A stretch of 64,000 bases of DNA from a virus (Duplodnaviria > Caudoviricetes): the IMG/VR virus record IMGVR_UViG_3300028914_000071, positions 1 through 64,000 of that record. The stretch is one strand, 5' to 3'. The translations under genes were made by a program, and so were the position numbers. Below the pieces are notes generated by a model that saw nothing but the letters and a program-made list of their open reading frames with translations, searched no databases and was not told where the DNA came from. This document shows positions 27,166 through 38,421 of the stretch, one piece after another (positions within the stretch are counted from its first letter, which is position 1; every line of letters begins with the position of its first letter).

Positions 27166-27429
27166 TTACATGGTAAGGTCTATTATGTCTTCACCTTCCA
27201 AATCATCCATGTCAGTAATTTCCTCAACGTCAAAACCGCAATCGTAAAGAAAGTTGTCAAAATCATCATCGGTGTAACCTTCTGAATATTCAACATCTAT
27301 ATACTCTGCGGCATAGTCATAAAGTCCTTCTGCCATATAAACGCAAACATCATCTTCACTATTTGCTTTAAAGTAGTATATATTGTCACAACCACAATAG
27401 CCGCAACTATATGTTCCCTTAAAATACAT
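27166..27429 (-). CDS. acidic hypothetical protein
   Basis: ORF before terminator. Confidence 0.8.
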   Translation of the reverse strand: MYFKGTYSCGYCGCDNIYYFKANSEDDVCVYMAEGLYDYAAEYIDVEYSEGYTDDDFDNFLYDCGFDVEEITDMDDLEGEDIIDLTM

Positions 27430-27956
27430 TAGTCCTCATTCCCTTCCTCTTCAATTTCAATACAGAAATCTGATTCCCAAAAACTGAAAGTAAAACAGCC
27501 ACCTTCTACCAAATCCTTACATTTTTCCAGTGCATCTTCAATTTCTTCCGCAACCGCATTGTCAATTTCTGATGCTAAATGACCGCTGTATTCTTCATGG
27601 TCATAATCATCCTCAATCATATCATACCACGGAAGGTCAAATTCATCTCCATTATCTTTACGTGCGCTAATACCGACATTTTGAATAAACCATTCAACCT
27701 TCGTATCACGGTCAACCTCTTTGGAAAGTGCCTGTGCTAACTGCCATAAGGTTGTAAAATAGTTGCCGTCATAGGTATAACCGACATAATGTTCAACATC
27801 AAAAAATCTGCCGCTATAAATGTCTTTACCGTTCATAAAAGCAAGTGTAACATCATTTACAAGTTTGTGAGAGAAAACCTTCCTTAATCCTTCATCTAAC
27901 TTGTCAAGGTTTGAATAAGTTTCAGCGCTACGGTCATTATAAATTACTTTGTACAT
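27429..27956 (-). CDS. acidic hypothetical protein
   Basis: Promoter, leader, SD. Confidence 0.85.
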   Translation of the reverse strand: MYKVIYNDRSAETYSNLDKLDEGLRKVFSHKLVNDVTLAFMNGKDIYSGRFFDVEHYVGYTYDGNYFTTLWQLAQALSKEVDRDTKVEWFIQNVGISARKDNGDEFDLPWYDMIEDDYDHEEYSGHLASEIDNAVAEEIEDALEKCKDLVEGGCFTFSFWESDFCIEIEEEGNED

Positions 27957-28159
27957 AATGGTAATTCCTTTCCGGTTTTTAGAACTTGAACCTGTTCATG
28001 TTTTGTTTTATCTTATGTATATATTATAACATAGAATATAGTGTTTGTCAATAGTTTTTCTAAAAAATTTTTTATGGTATTTAATGGCAAAGTGCCCGGG
28101 CGAAAAGGCAAAAATTACCATTTCTACCATAAAAGGGAACCGCCCCAAAGGGCGGGTAA

Positions 28160-28672
28160 TTAATGGCAAATAATTTTCAAATCGTTATATATTCCTATAT
28201 CTCCCGATGACATTAAGGAAAATTTATACATTACGGAATCAATGTACAAATTAACAAGATTGTCAGAATATTCATAGTTAAAGGTTGCGTGGTCATAATC
28301 TCGCTTTACTATGGTTCTCCAATTTATTCCAAGTGGATTGTCGTTCATATCCTTGGCATAAGTGGTACTTTCAAACCATTCTATTGCCATTTTAAATGTT
28401 AAATCTTGGTCAGTATAAAAAATTGCGTCCGTTAGTTCATCAAGTTCAAAAAGCTGTTCTTCAATACCTTCTATTTCATATTCTTTTACACAGCGTATAG
28501 CAAAGTTATCAAATGTTACTGCATGAGGGCGGTTGATGGTGTTTTCGACAATTTGTTTAGCGATTGCCATATCTTTGTTAGTAAGAAGTTCATTTATTCT
28601 TACTATTGCACCTCTTTTGGTATGTATCTTTTCATCCTCTTTTGTTACATAATTGTTAATTGTAAAATACAT
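28160..28672 (-). CDS. hypothetical protein
   Basis: ATG after GGGAGG. Confidence 0.8.
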   Translation of the reverse strand: MYFTINNYVTKEDEKIHTKRGAIVRINELLTNKDMAIAKQIVENTINRPHAVTFDNFAIRCVKEYEIEGIEEQLFELDELTDAIFYTDQDLTFKMAIEWFESTTYAKDMNDNPLGINWRTIVKRDYDHATFNYEYSDNLVNLYIDSVMYKFSLMSSGDIGIYNDLKIICH

Positions 28673-28674
28673 AA

Positions 28675-29046
28675 TTAGTCCTCCCATATTAAGTTGATGT
28701 GAAAATCATTTATGCCTACTGATGTAATTATCATTTCTTCATGTCTGTTATATGCTCTGTGTAATTCATCTATTAAATAGTTATCAACAAATGCATAAGC
28801 TGTATTGTATATTTCTTCCGAAAGTACGTGATTTTGATGCATAAGAAGTAAATCACCTAAGCGGAAACTACCAAGTATTTTATCTTCGTTGTTAATTTCT
28901 GCGACAAGACAAGGCATAGTAGGGGTTAAATAATACCAAGTTGCTATAATTCCTTCAGCATCACACTGACTTAAAATATAACCCACCATTTCTGTCAATG
29001 AACCTGTTTCAAAGTCATCACACTTAAATTTACAATTCTTTACCAT
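28675..29046 (-). CDS. hypothetical protein
   Basis: Promoter, leader, SD. Confidence 0.85.
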   Translation of the reverse strand: MVKNCKFKCDDFETGSLTEMVGYILSQCDAEGIIATWYYLTPTMPCLVAEINNEDKILGSFRLGDLLLMHQNHVLSEEIYNTAYAFVDNYLIDELHRAYNRHEEMIITSVGINDFHINLIWED

Positions 29047-29240
29047 ATGGTTATCCTTTCCGGTTTTTAGGAGTTATCACCTCTCCATCTATGTTTATAT
29101 TATACCATAGTTTATGATGTTTGTCAAGTGTTTTTCTAAAAAATTTTCGCCGCCAAAATATGGTAAACTGCCCGGGCGTTTCGCCAAAATTTTCCAGTTT
29201 TGGTATATAAAGAAACCGCCCTTTCGGGCGGCATAAATTA

Positions 29241-29633
29241 TCAATAATATCCTTCGAGTTCATCTTCTGACTTTTTGTCTGATATGCATTGACTTATATA
29301 ATATAAAAGACAAGAAAAATTACAATTTTCACTATCAATTGTAAATTTAGTGTCCCTTTTCCATTTAATTCCATTTATAAGTGTTATATTATGGAGAATA
29401 TCCTGTCCTTTGTCAAGGTCGAACATACCAATATCTCTCAAAATGGCATTTTCTTCCTCTAACTGTTCTATTCGCTTTTCTAATTGAATAGTCTTTTTAA
29501 AGAGTGCGGCAAGAACTTCCATTGTTTCCATTTTCTTACCGCTTTTATCATAAAAGCCTTCTTCCCAAAAACTTTTTCCGAGATATTCCATTTCTTCTGA
29601 TTCTATCCAGTCTTCTTCTATTATGCCTTCCAT
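29241..29633 (-). CDS. hypothetical protein
   Basis: ATG after GAGGTG. Confidence 0.8.
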   Translation of the reverse strand: MEGIIEEDWIESEEMEYLGKSFWEEGFYDKSGKKMETMEVLAALFKKTIQLEKRIEQLEEENAILRDIGMFDLDKGQDILHNITLINGIKWKRDTKFTIDSENCNFSCLLYYISQCISDKKSEDELEGYY

Positions 29634-29644
29634 ATTCTCCCACC

Positions 29645-30088
29645 TCACATTCTTAAAATCGCATTGAGTATGTCAAAGATTTCCTTTTCTGAGTATGCAC
29701 CTTTGCCCCATTCTTTTCTAATCTCTTCGTTATCGTCAAAGAGTATGCCTTCGCCTAAAGAGTGTTTAGGCGTGCCGTATGGTACAATAAGGATTTCATC
29801 CCATTCTACAGATGGCATATGTTTCCTGAGCCACTGGAGTTTGGCATCTTTTGTACGTCTGTCAAATTCCGGTGTACTTTCCTTTGAACACCATGAAACG
29901 ATTTTAAGAGTGAAATCTAAATCCTTCTGTAACTTATTGAGAAGTTTGGCAAGTCTTGACAGATTGAGCCTTGCCTTCGCATCTTTATAAGGTCGTACAG
30001 AATAATTTCTTAAATCTTCCAGCCAGCCCTCAACTTCATAAAAATTGTTAAGAGTGCCGTCCATGTCAAATACTATTTCTTTTTCCAT
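29645..30088 (-). CDS. HAD-superfamily nucleotidase-like hydrolase
   Basis: IVFDMDGTL and LFDDN motifs. Confidence 0.8.
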   Translation of the reverse strand: MEKEIVFDMDGTLNNFYEVEGWLEDLRNYSVRPYKDAKARLNLSRLAKLLNKLQKDLDFTLKIVSWCSKESTPEFDRRTKDAKLQWLRKHMPSVEWDEILIVPYGTPKHSLGEGILFDDNEEIRKEWGKGAYSEKEIFDILNAILRM

Positions 30089-30553
30089 AATTTAGTCCTT
30101 TCTTAGTCGATTGCCAAAATTCCGGCAATCATAGTTAAACCTATTAGTATTAAGGCGGTCATTTAATCCCTCCCTTACTGTAATTATATTATACCATATT
30201 TGCGGGCAGTTGTCAATAGTTTTTTAAAAATTTTTTCGCCGCGAAAATATGGTAGATATGGAAATTACTGGAAAAGTGCCCGGGCGTTTCGCCAATTTTT
30301 ACCAATTATGGAATATAAGAAAACCGCCCTTTCGGGCGGCGCTTTTATTCTTCTTCAAAGTCAGTGTCACTTCGCAACTCATTTAGTTCATGCCGTAAAG
30401 ATTCTATTTCTTTTGCCATAAAGTACAAAAGTGTAAACATAGTTTCGGGATTATGCTCTAAGTCATAATAATTTTCAAAAAATTCAAAACGACCATCCAT
30501 TTTTCTTTTCATCCTCTAATTTATCAATTAATTTATTTCTTCTATTCTTCTTA

Positions 30554-30922
30554 TTAACGGTAAAGAACTATAAATTCTTTTGGTGCTAAACCTTTATCAA
30601 ACAGTCTTACTGCCGCAGAAAAAATTTCCTCTTTAATATCAACAACTTTTTCACCATATTCTAACCTTTCGTTACAATAACCCTTATCAATGTAACCTGA
30701 GCGGTCAATATATGCAAAATCTTCACCATCATCGGAGTTAATAAGAACATTTTCAAGATAATGCCTATCCGTAAAGTGTTCAATACCTTTTTCCTCAAAA
30801 AAGTCATCCCAATCAAATATATTACGAGAATCTACATATTTACCATATCCCATTTCTTCCATTACCATAGATTCCCAATACCATATGCCTATAACGGGAT
30901 ATATTTCAAATCTTTTATCCAT
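30554..30922 (-). CDS. hypothetical protein
   Basis: SD AGGAGG. Confidence 0.85.
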   Translation of the reverse strand: MDKRFEIYPVIGIWYWESMVMEEMGYGKYVDSRNIFDWDDFFEEKGIEHFTDRHYLENVLINSDDGEDFAYIDRSGYIDKGYCNERLEYGEKVVDIKEEIFSAAVRLFDKGLAPKEFIVLYR

Positions 30923-30925
30923 AAC

Positions 30926-31165
30926 TTAATCCTCCTTTTTACCACTCTTAAAGAAACTACCAACAACTGCCAAAACAATTGCCCATAATGCCGCCTGTTT
31001 CCACGTCCATACGGCAATAATTCCCAACTTACAGAGTGACCACATAGCAAGTCCCACCATAAGAACTGTACAACCATAAGTAAGAGCAATGACAACTAAA
31101 ATAATTAAGCAACCAATAGCCATTTCTGTTCCAGTCATTTCCTTTTTCTTAAAATCTAATTTCAT
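30926..31165 (-). CDS. small membrane protein
   Basis: Hydrophobic ORF after leader. Confidence 0.8.
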   Translation of the reverse strand: MKLDFKKKEMTGTEMAIGCLIILVVIALTYGCTVLMVGLAMWSLCKLGIIAVWTWKQAALWAIVLAVVGSFFKSGKKED

Positions 31166-31279
31166 AGTAAAATCCTTTCCGGTTTTTAAGACTTATAACC
31201 TGTCTTTATCTTATGTATATATTATAGCACATAATCGCGGCAATGTCAATAGTTATTTTTGTTTTAAATCTTTTATCCA

Positions 31280-31504
31280 TTAAAAATCTTTTCCTTTCTT
31301 CCAAAGAATTGGCGAACCTAAGCCGGCACTTTGTATCATACAGTTATATTTTTCACTAACTGTATCATAGCAAGGACAATCGCCACAATCTTCCCAAGGA
31401 CCAAACTTACACATTAAATGCAAATTACGTTTTAAAATTTTAATCTGCTCCTGTAATTGTAAAATCGTTTCTGAATTAGCTTTCATAGGCACATCAGTTA
31501 TCAT
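31280..31504 (-). CDS. Cys-rich small protein
   Basis: CGDCPC motif; own promoter and leader. Confidence 0.8.
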   Translation of the reverse strand: MITDVPMKANSETILQLQEQIKILKRNLHLMCKFGPWEDCGDCPCYDTVSEKYNCMIQSAGLGSPILWKKGKDF

Positions 31505-31712
31505 GGTTAATTCCTTTCCGGTTTTATAGAGTTATAACCTCTCTTTATCTTATGTATATATTATAACATAGTTTTGCGGTAATGTCAATACCTTTTTAAA
31601 AAATTTTTTCTGCCATTAAATGCCAAAATGCCCGGGCGTTTCGCCAAAATTTTCCAGTTCTACCATAAAAATGGGGGCGGTAGCCTTCTTCCGAAAACTA
31701 CCGCCTTTACCA

Positions 31713-32438
31713 TTAAAATGGCAACCATCTTTGGTATCCAGTTTCTTCCACATATTGCTGGAATTTTTTCCAAGCACAAATGCACGACCATTCCTGTTTT
31801 TTACCAGATTTGAGAACCCATAACAAAATTTCATATTCTATCATAACATCGGCAAGTCCTGTATGTTCTTCCTCAAAATTGGCATATGCTTCGCCCTTCA
31901 AATATCGGTACACTATTTCAGCACCGTACTTATAATTACCTTTTTCTGACAAATAACCATGACGGTCACAAAATTCCAAATAGGAAGGATTTAACAGTCG
32001 AGTCTTTACTACTGCCGCCATGATGTCACGAATTTCCAGTCCTAACATTTCATACCTTGCACCAAATAACCTACTAAGTGCGGCATTATCGAAGGCAACG
32101 TTATAAGCATACATCTTTTTAATGTTGTACTTCTGAATATCAGATGTAAATAATATCCAAAAACTCTCAATGCTTATACATCTGTACTTCCTGTTTTTAG
32201 CAGAATTCTCATAATCCTCTAAAATATCTTTTGTGTTCTTTAAGTGCATTTCTTTACACAGACCAGTTTCGAGGGAATTTAACAGATTCTGCCAAACTGC
32301 ATAAGGTAATGCAATTGACCTTTTTTCGTAAATATTGCCGGCATTATCTGCCACAATATAACCAATATTGTACGGCAGACAAGTGGAATTTCCTTCCACG
32401 TCTAATACTATAAATTTTTCCTTTTTTCTTCCACGCAT
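31713..32438 (-). CDS. DEDDh 3'-5' exonuclease
   Basis: VLDVEG (ExoI), AYNVAFD (ExoII), HTGLAD (ExoIII). Confidence 0.82.
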   Translation of the reverse strand: MRGRKKEKFIVLDVEGNSTCLPYNIGYIVADNAGNIYEKRSIALPYAVWQNLLNSLETGLCKEMHLKNTKDILEDYENSAKNRKYRCISIESFWILFTSDIQKYNIKKMYAYNVAFDNAALSRLFGARYEMLGLEIRDIMAAVVKTRLLNPSYLEFCDRHGYLSEKGNYKYGAEIVYRYLKGEAYANFEEEHTGLADVMIEYEILLWVLKSGKKQEWSCICAWKKFQQYVEETGYQRWLPF

Positions 32439-32653
32439 TTTTTGGTATTCCTTTCCGGTTTTAACGACTTGTAACCTGTCGATTTATTATGTATATATTA
32501 TATCACATTTTGCGGCACTTGTCAAGAGATTTTTAAAAATATTATTTTTCCATAATTGGAAAATGCTGGAAAAGTGCCCGGGCATTTTGCCAAAATTTTC
32601 CAGTTTTGGATAAAAATAAAAGAGGGCTGAACCGAAGTTCAACCCTCGCTGGA

Positions 32654-33079
32654 TTAATTTGTCTTAGCTTCCTTTTTTGCCTTCGCCGCCGCTTTTTCCT
32701 TTTCTACCTTTTCTTTGTTCTTTTTGGCTTTTTCTTCCTTTTCCTTAGCTTCCTTCTCGTCTTCCTCTACCTTTTTCTGCCATACGCTACCCTCATATTC
32801 CCTGTCATATTCTGTAAAATACTTTTTGTTTGTCTGTCTGTCCTTATAGTCCTTGACAGTAGGGGAGAATGTTACGCACGCTTCAACGGTAAATCCTTCC
32901 TTTGTTTCAATTGTGAGAACAGCTACAGCTACCTCAGACTTGCCAACGATGGTAACATTTTCCTCACCGTACTTAGCCTTCATAGCTTCAACAACACTGT
33001 CAAAAGCTTCCACTCTGATAGCTTCCTTGATTTCACTGAGTTTGAAGTCCTTTTCCTTGATAGTTCTAAGTTCTGTCAT
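32654..33079 (-). CDS. hypothetical protein with Lys/Glu-rich tail
   Basis: Promoter, leader, terminator. Confidence 0.85.
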   Translation of the reverse strand: MTELRTIKEKDFKLSEIKEAIRVEAFDSVVEAMKAKYGEENVTIVGKSEVAVAVLTIETKEGFTVEACVTFSPTVKDYKDRQTNKKYFTEYDREYEGSVWQKKVEEDEKEAKEKEEKAKKNKEKVEKEKAAAKAKKEAKTN

Positions 33080-33329
33080 TTTAATTACTTCCTTCCGGTT
33101 TTAACGTCTTTACCTGACAATAATGATAATATGGTTTTTAGGTGTTTTCTTCCCTTCACCTTATGTATATATTATAGCACAACTTTGTGCTATTGTCAAT
33201 AGTTTTAGAAAAATTTTTTAAAAAAGTTTTTTATGGTAGAAATGGAAAAATCTGGAAAAGCGCCCGGGCGATTCGCCATAATTTTCCAGTAATGGTATAA
33301 AAGGAAACCGCCCCAAAGGGCGGCATAGA

Positions 33330-33536
33330 TTAATTATCGTATAAATCAAGTGCTTCAAGACTTGCTACATCACAATTATCATCAAGATACTCATATAGTT
33401 CTTTTTCTGTGCTTCCTGTATATGATTCACCTGTCAAATCTGCAATTGTTGACAAAACGTCTTTAAGTGCGGAGGAATATTCAGTGTATGCACAAGTGGA
33501 ACAACCCATAACGTTTACTATGTATATTTCTTTCAT
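33330..33536 (-). CDS. hypothetical protein
   Basis: ATG after AAGGAG. Confidence 0.75.
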   Translation of the reverse strand: MKEIYIVNVMGCSTCAYTEYSSALKDVLSTIADLTGESYTGSTEKELYEYLDDNCDVASLEALDLYDN

Positions 33537-33537
33537 T

Positions 33538-33933
33538 TTACGACTCCTTTTCTTCAAGAAACTCAATACACTTTTCCGCCCAAATAACCATACTTTTCTC
33601 ATGTTCTAAGTAATCTGCTATATGTTCTACATTATCATTCTCAGAAGTAACATACCATTCATATTTATATGGAATATCTAAACATTTAGCAAGAATACCA
33701 TAATCTGCATCCGTTTCGGTGAAATAGTCGTGGAAATACTTAACTAAATAGTTTCTTTCCTTTTCTGAAAGTCCTATTATTTTAAAGGGATAGCCACACT
33801 CAGCAATTAAATTTATTACCTCCTCTACCTCGTTAACTTTGTTTCCGGCAAGTACATCAAAATCGGGAATTTTATATTCAAGTATTTTGAAGTTTAAATT
33901 TATTGCATCGCCTTTACATATTTTAATATACAT
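33538..33933 (-). CDS. hypothetical protein
   Basis: Operon ORF. Confidence 0.8.
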   Translation of the reverse strand: MYIKICKGDAINLNFKILEYKIPDFDVLAGNKVNEVEEVINLIAECGYPFKIIGLSEKERNYLVKYFHDYFTETDADYGILAKCLDIPYKYEWYVTSENDNVEHIADYLEHEKSMVIWAEKCIEFLEEKES

Positions 33934-33937
33934 ACTA

Positions 33938-34153
33938 TTACCTCACATTCTGTACAAATACGGCAACATTAAGTGCCAAGAAAATTCCATTAATGATAGC
34001 TCCTGTAAGAACCTTATTTCTGGTAGAATCTACCAGCCCTATTGAACTTGACAGGATAAACATAGGTGCTGACCAATTACTACCAGCGTAGCACAGTCCA
34101 GCCGCCAAAGCACAGCTAAAAATCATGATGTAATCAATACTTCTTAGTTTCAT
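33938..34153 (-). CDS. small membrane protein
   Basis: Hydrophobic ORF after leader. Confidence 0.8.
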   Translation of the reverse strand: MKLRSIDYIMIFSCALAAGLCYAGSNWSAPMFILSSSIGLVDSTRNKVLTGAIINGIFLALNVAVFVQNVR

Positions 34154-34347
34154 GGTTAAAAGTCCTTCCGGTTTTATAGAGTTATAACCTCTCTTTATCT
34201 TATGTATATATTATACCATATTTGCGGCGAGTTGTCAAGGGGTTGACGAAAAATTTTTTATGGTATTTTATGGCAAAATGCCCGGGCACTTTGGAAGATT
34301 TTGGTAATAATGGGATAAAGAGAAACCACCCCGAAGGGTGGCATAAG

Positions 34348-34905
34348 TTACCATTTGATGTATAATGGATGGCAGAAATTTAACATACCGTCTAAGGTTT
34401 TTTCAGAATTATCAATTTTTGCTTTAAAACCATGATTTTGTAAATAAAGTTCTACATCTTTTACACAGTAATCTATAGGGAGGTCAAAGGTAAATTCACG
34501 GTTACCGTGTTTAGCTTCGGCTATAATTGCTTGTTCTATATATTTAAGCGTTTTTGAAATCTCCTTACGTCTTTTAAGTTCTTCTTTATCTTTTTTTAAT
34601 TGCTTTTTGTATTCTCCCTTATTAATTACTTTTTGTGCTTTTTCAAGTGTGGTTAGTTTACGTGGTTTAACCACCTCATAATCAAAAGGAAAATTTCCGA
34701 GTAACCAAATAAAAACAAAATGAGTTGTTACAAAGCGAGCAAATATAATAAATACCGCCAAATCTAACATATTATCAGTAAGTTCCATATTTCCAACTAT
34801 AACGGCAGTAATAGCGGTGAAAAATAAATTAAAAATCATTCCAAAACTAAAAAAAAGTTCAAGAGGTGAGTTGTTGTTAATTATTCCTTTTATCTTTTCA
34901 TTCAT
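34348..34905 (-). CDS. membrane-anchored hypothetical protein
   Basis: Two hydrophobic segments then basic domain. Confidence 0.8.
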   Translation of the reverse strand: MNEKIKGIINNNSPLELFFSFGMIFNLFFTAITAVIVGNMELTDNMLDLAVFIIFARFVTTHFVFIWLLGNFPFDYEVVKPRKLTTLEKAQKVINKGEYKKQLKKDKEELKRRKEISKTLKYIEQAIIAEAKHGNREFTFDLPIDYCVKDVELYLQNHGFKAKIDNSEKTLDGMLNFCHPLYIKW

Positions 34906-35097
34906 AATGGTATTCCTTTCCGGTTTTTAGGACTTATCACCTGTCCTTATGTTTATATTATATCATATTTCGCCGCACTTGTCAACTCTTTTCTAAAATT
35001 TTTTTATTTCCATATTCTACCAAAACGCCCGGGCGAAACGCCAAATTTTACCAATTTTACCACAATAGGAAAGCCGCCCATTTCTGAGCGGCAGTTT

Positions 35098-35463
35098 TCA
35101 TCCGATAAATCTGTATTTATTTGGTGTGTCTTTTATTATCTCAATAAATCCCGCATCCTGACAATTTCTTGCAATGGCGGTAAACTTTGACGAGTTCATC
35201 TTGAAGTCATATTCACTGGTAAGTTCTGACACTGTTGCCGAATACTGTACTAAGATTTCATCCATTGTGTACGCTTTTCCTACATCAAGCATACTGAAAA
35301 GTTTTCTGCCAATTTCTGTATTGGTGTTACGCTTTTCCTCGGAATTTTTTGCAGACCTTGCATTTTTACTGTTAACACTGGCAAGAAGTGCCTTCGCTTT
35401 ATCCGTGATTTCATCGCTAAGATTTGCGGCTATTACTGCGTTATAAAATTCTCTCTGTGTCAT
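35098..35463 (-). CDS. putative DNA-binding protein (paralogue of 37193-37513)
   Basis: MTQREFYN start; winged-helix-like C-terminus. Confidence 0.75.
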   Translation of the reverse strand: MTQREFYNAVIAANLSDEITDKAKALLASVNSKNARSAKNSEEKRNTNTEIGRKLFSMLDVGKAYTMDEILVQYSATVSELTSEYDFKMNSSKFTAIARNCQDAGFIEIIKDTPNKYRFIG

Positions 35464-35476
35464 GGTAATTTCCTCC

Positions 35477-36016
35477 TTATTCTACTACCGTTACTGCGCC
35501 ATCTGCAAAACGGTAAGTGTTTCCAGTATCAATGCTAAAAGCTACATAATTGTTTTTAAGACCTATACTCTTAATAGTGCCGATAAATTCATAGCGTGAA
35601 CCACTACTAATTGTAAATACATCATGTGGTTTGAGTTCAGACAGCTTTTTCTTGCTTATAAACTTAGGGCGCTCAATATGATTGTACTTAGCCCAAACCA
35701 CACCCAGTCCAATAAAGACCGCAAAATTATCCTTTTTGTTACAATAAGTTTCCACAAACTTACCATTGCGAGTATTGAGAAGACCTACTTTACGTGCCTT
35801 CTTGTTAACAGTAATCACATAATTACCAAAAGTAAAGCTGTCGGCGCCTTCGTCAGTGTAGTCGTGATGTTCAAAAGTTCTGTAAACTTCGGTCATCACA
35901 TCATTAAAATCCACTGGAAAACTTGCCTGACCACTATTTACCATTGCATTTGCCATACCAATGATAAATGAATGTGCCTGTGAGAGAGTCCAGTTTTCAA
36001 ATGTAAGATTTTCCAT
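35477..36016 (-). CDS. hypothetical protein (paralogue family)
   Basis: NTRNGK...DNFAVFIGLGVVWAKY. Confidence 0.8.
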   Translation of the reverse strand: MENLTFENWTLSQAHSFIIGMANAMVNSGQASFPVDFNDVMTEVYRTFEHHDYTDEGADSFTFGNYVITVNKKARKVGLLNTRNGKFVETYCNKKDNFAVFIGLGVVWAKYNHIERPKFISKKKLSELKPHDVFTISSGSRYEFIGTIKSIGLKNNYVAFSIDTGNTYRFADGAVTVVE

Positions 36017-36245
36017 AGTTAAAATTCCTTCCGGTTTTATAGACTTGTTACCTGTCTTTGTGTTTTGTTTTATCTTATGTATATATTATAGCATAGAATA
36101 AGGTACTTGTCAATAGTTTTTCTAAAATTTTTTAAAAATATTTTTATGGTAAAAACGGAAAAAGATGGAAAATCGCCCGGGCGTTTCGCCATAATTTACC
36201 ATTTATGGAATATGAAAATGCCGCCCATTTCTGAGCGGCACATTT

Positions 36246-36779
36246 TTACTGATTCATGTACTTTTTGTAAAGGTCGATAAAGATAACGTATACATTGTCC
36301 ATGGTAATTTTTTCCGGGTCGAGATGTTTGCAAGAAACTGATTTACCAGTTTTTGTATTTATGAGCATCACCGTAACACCGTCAAAGAGTTTGTTATTAA
36401 TTGTTATAATATAATCATTACGACCATATTTTCCGCCAAGTTCCTGTAATATACCATATCTTGTCACCTTAAGTTCGGCATAAAGTCGAGAACAAATAGT
36501 ATTAAATTTAAACTCAACCTTATCATGTTCAACACCGCCACCAACGAGTTCCAAAAACTTCTTCTTATACCAAAAAGTGGTTCTTACTGGCTTAGGACGT
36601 GGAATTTCCACCATTTGGTCGAAATCAAAAACTTTTAAATCACCGTTAGACTGGTTACAACCAACATAACCATTTACATCTTGGAATTTAGTTTTACCTA
36701 CAAAAAGGTAGTCATAAACACCTACACTAAAGAAATCACCATTGTTTAATGTTGATACAAGAACTTTTATTGTTTTCAT
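36246..36779 (-). CDS. hypothetical protein
   Basis: Coupled ORF; INTKTGK motif. Confidence 0.8.
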   Translation of the reverse strand: MKTIKVLVSTLNNGDFFSVGVYDYLFVGKTKFQDVNGYVGCNQSNGDLKVFDFDQMVEIPRPKPVRTTFWYKKKFLELVGGGVEHDKVEFKFNTICSRLYAELKVTRYGILQELGGKYGRNDYIITINNKLFDGVTVMLINTKTGKSVSCKHLDPEKITMDNVYVIFIDLYKKYMNQ

Positions 36780-36979
36780 TACTTTACCCTCCTTAATGTC
36801 ATATCACCAACGGAAACAGAATCAATGAACCCATTGCTAAAACGCTTTAATGGGCAGTAGGTTAACCATCTCTGTTCTTTATTCATTAAAGAAGTAAACA
36901 TTCTTACAGCTACATAGCTATGCGGTGAAGTGTAAGTATTTTCCGGCTTGCCGATAAATCTGATTTCATACTTTTCCAT
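36779..36979 (-). CDS. hypothetical protein
   Basis: Promoter, leader. Confidence 0.8.
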   Translation of the reverse strand: MEKYEIRFIGKPENTYTSPHSYVAVRMFTSLMNKEQRWLTYCPLKRFSNGFIDSVSVGDMTLRRVK

Positions 36980-37192
36980 ATTGGTATTCCTTTCCGGTTT
37001 TTAGGACTTATCACCTGTCCTTTACTGTAATTATATTATACCATACTTTGCGGCACTTGTCAACACTTTTCTGAAAAAATTTTTTGGTAGTTTATGGCAA
37101 ATTGCCCGGGCGTTTTGGAAAAATTTTCCAGTTCTACCATAATAAGAAAACCGCCCTCTTTCGAGAGCGGCTTCCAGTTTTTGCCGTGTTTA

Positions 37193-37513
37193 TTACTTTA
37201 CTTTTGTGTACTGCTTAGGTGTGCTGTCGTCTGAAATAACCTTATCCTTTAAGATTTCTCTAAGGATATAGCCAATCTTTGACGAGTTGTACTGACCGGC
37301 AAACATTGCCACAATATCTGCGTTAAGGTACTTCTTACCAGCTTCCATTTTGGCAAGAATTTCCTCACCGAGTGCAACATTAGCTTCACGCTTAGAATCC
37401 TTCGCCTTGTCCTCTTCCGCAAACTTAGCAAGATACTTGCCAGCAATTTCCTTAGCTTCTGCGCTGATAGATGCATTTGTAGCTACTTCGTTGTAAAATT
37501 CTCTAAGTGTCAT
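37193..37513 (-). CDS. putative DNA-binding protein
   Basis: MTLREFYN start. Confidence 0.8.
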   Translation of the reverse strand: MTLREFYNEVATNASISAEAKEIAGKYLAKFAEEDKAKDSKREANVALGEEILAKMEAGKKYLNADIVAMFAGQYNSSKIGYILREILKDKVISDDSTPKQYTKVK

Positions 37514-37780
37514 AATTTTTCTACCTTTCCGTTTTAACGTCTTGAACGTGACAATGAATATAAATAATGAATGATTTAAGGTTTTAGGTTTTTGTTTCCC
37601 TCAACCTTATGTATATATTATAGCATAGATTTATTAGAATGTCAATAGTTTTTCTAAAAAAATTTAAAAATTATTTTATGGTATAATTGGAAAAATTTGG
37701 CAAAGTGCCCGGGCATTTTGGTAGAAATTGCCATCTCAATGGTAAATGGAAAAGCCGCCCATTTCTGAGCGACTTTAGTT

Positions 37781-37930
37781 TTACTTTGTGAATCCCATGT
37801 CAATTTTTGCCTGTTTTCTCGCTTTTGCCCTTTCATTGAGGGCGGTGAGGTAAGCAATTGCCTCCTCCTTTGTTAGTATGTAATGTTTTCCCTTTTTGGT
37901 AACATGAAGTCCTTTTTTAATTTCTGCCAT
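37781..37930 (-). CDS. small basic protein (49 aa)
   Basis: ATG 2 nt after the upstream stop; ends before terminator. Confidence 0.6.
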   Translation of the reverse strand: MAEIKKGLHVTKKGKHYILTKEEAIAYLTALNERAKARKQAKIDMGFTK

Positions 37931-37932
37931 AA

Positions 37933-38421
37933 TTATTTCTCCCTTGTAAATACTGTTATTGTGCTAACCATTGTAACTTTGAATGTACCAACTTCTACCA
38001 GTCTATCCATGACTGTTCTGAACATATCTGCATTATAACCGAAATCTTCACGGTATCCGCCATGCTTTACCATTTCACCAAGTTCTGCCATGAGATGTGA
38101 CATAACGTATGCGCCGCCAACTTCTGTGTTTTTGAGAATAATATCCATATAATCCTCATACTGAGTTTTGCGGTGGTCATTTCTCTTAATGGTTGTCTTT
38201 TCACGCTTTACCATTTTTAAAGCTCTAAGAATATCATCAACACCTTCTTCAACCTCTTCAATGTCAGAAGTGTCCAGCTGTGCCATAGCTTCTGTAGCCG
38301 CATTAACAGCTGCAAGTGCTCTGCAAAGATTTTCCTTTACAGCTTCGTCATTAAATTCTACAGATGCTCTGTAGCCCATTGGTGAAAATCTTTCTGTTTC
38401 AACTAAAGTCTGTGTAAACAT
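37933..38421 (-). CDS. hypothetical protein
   Basis: Promoter, leader. Confidence 0.82.
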   Translation of the reverse strand: MFTQTLVETERFSPMGYRASVEFNDEAVKENLCRALAAVNAATEAMAQLDTSDIEEVEEGVDDILRALKMVKREKTTIKRNDHRKTQYEDYMDIILKNTEVGGAYVMSHLMAELGEMVKHGGYREDFGYNADMFRTVMDRLVEVGTFKVTMVSTITVFTREK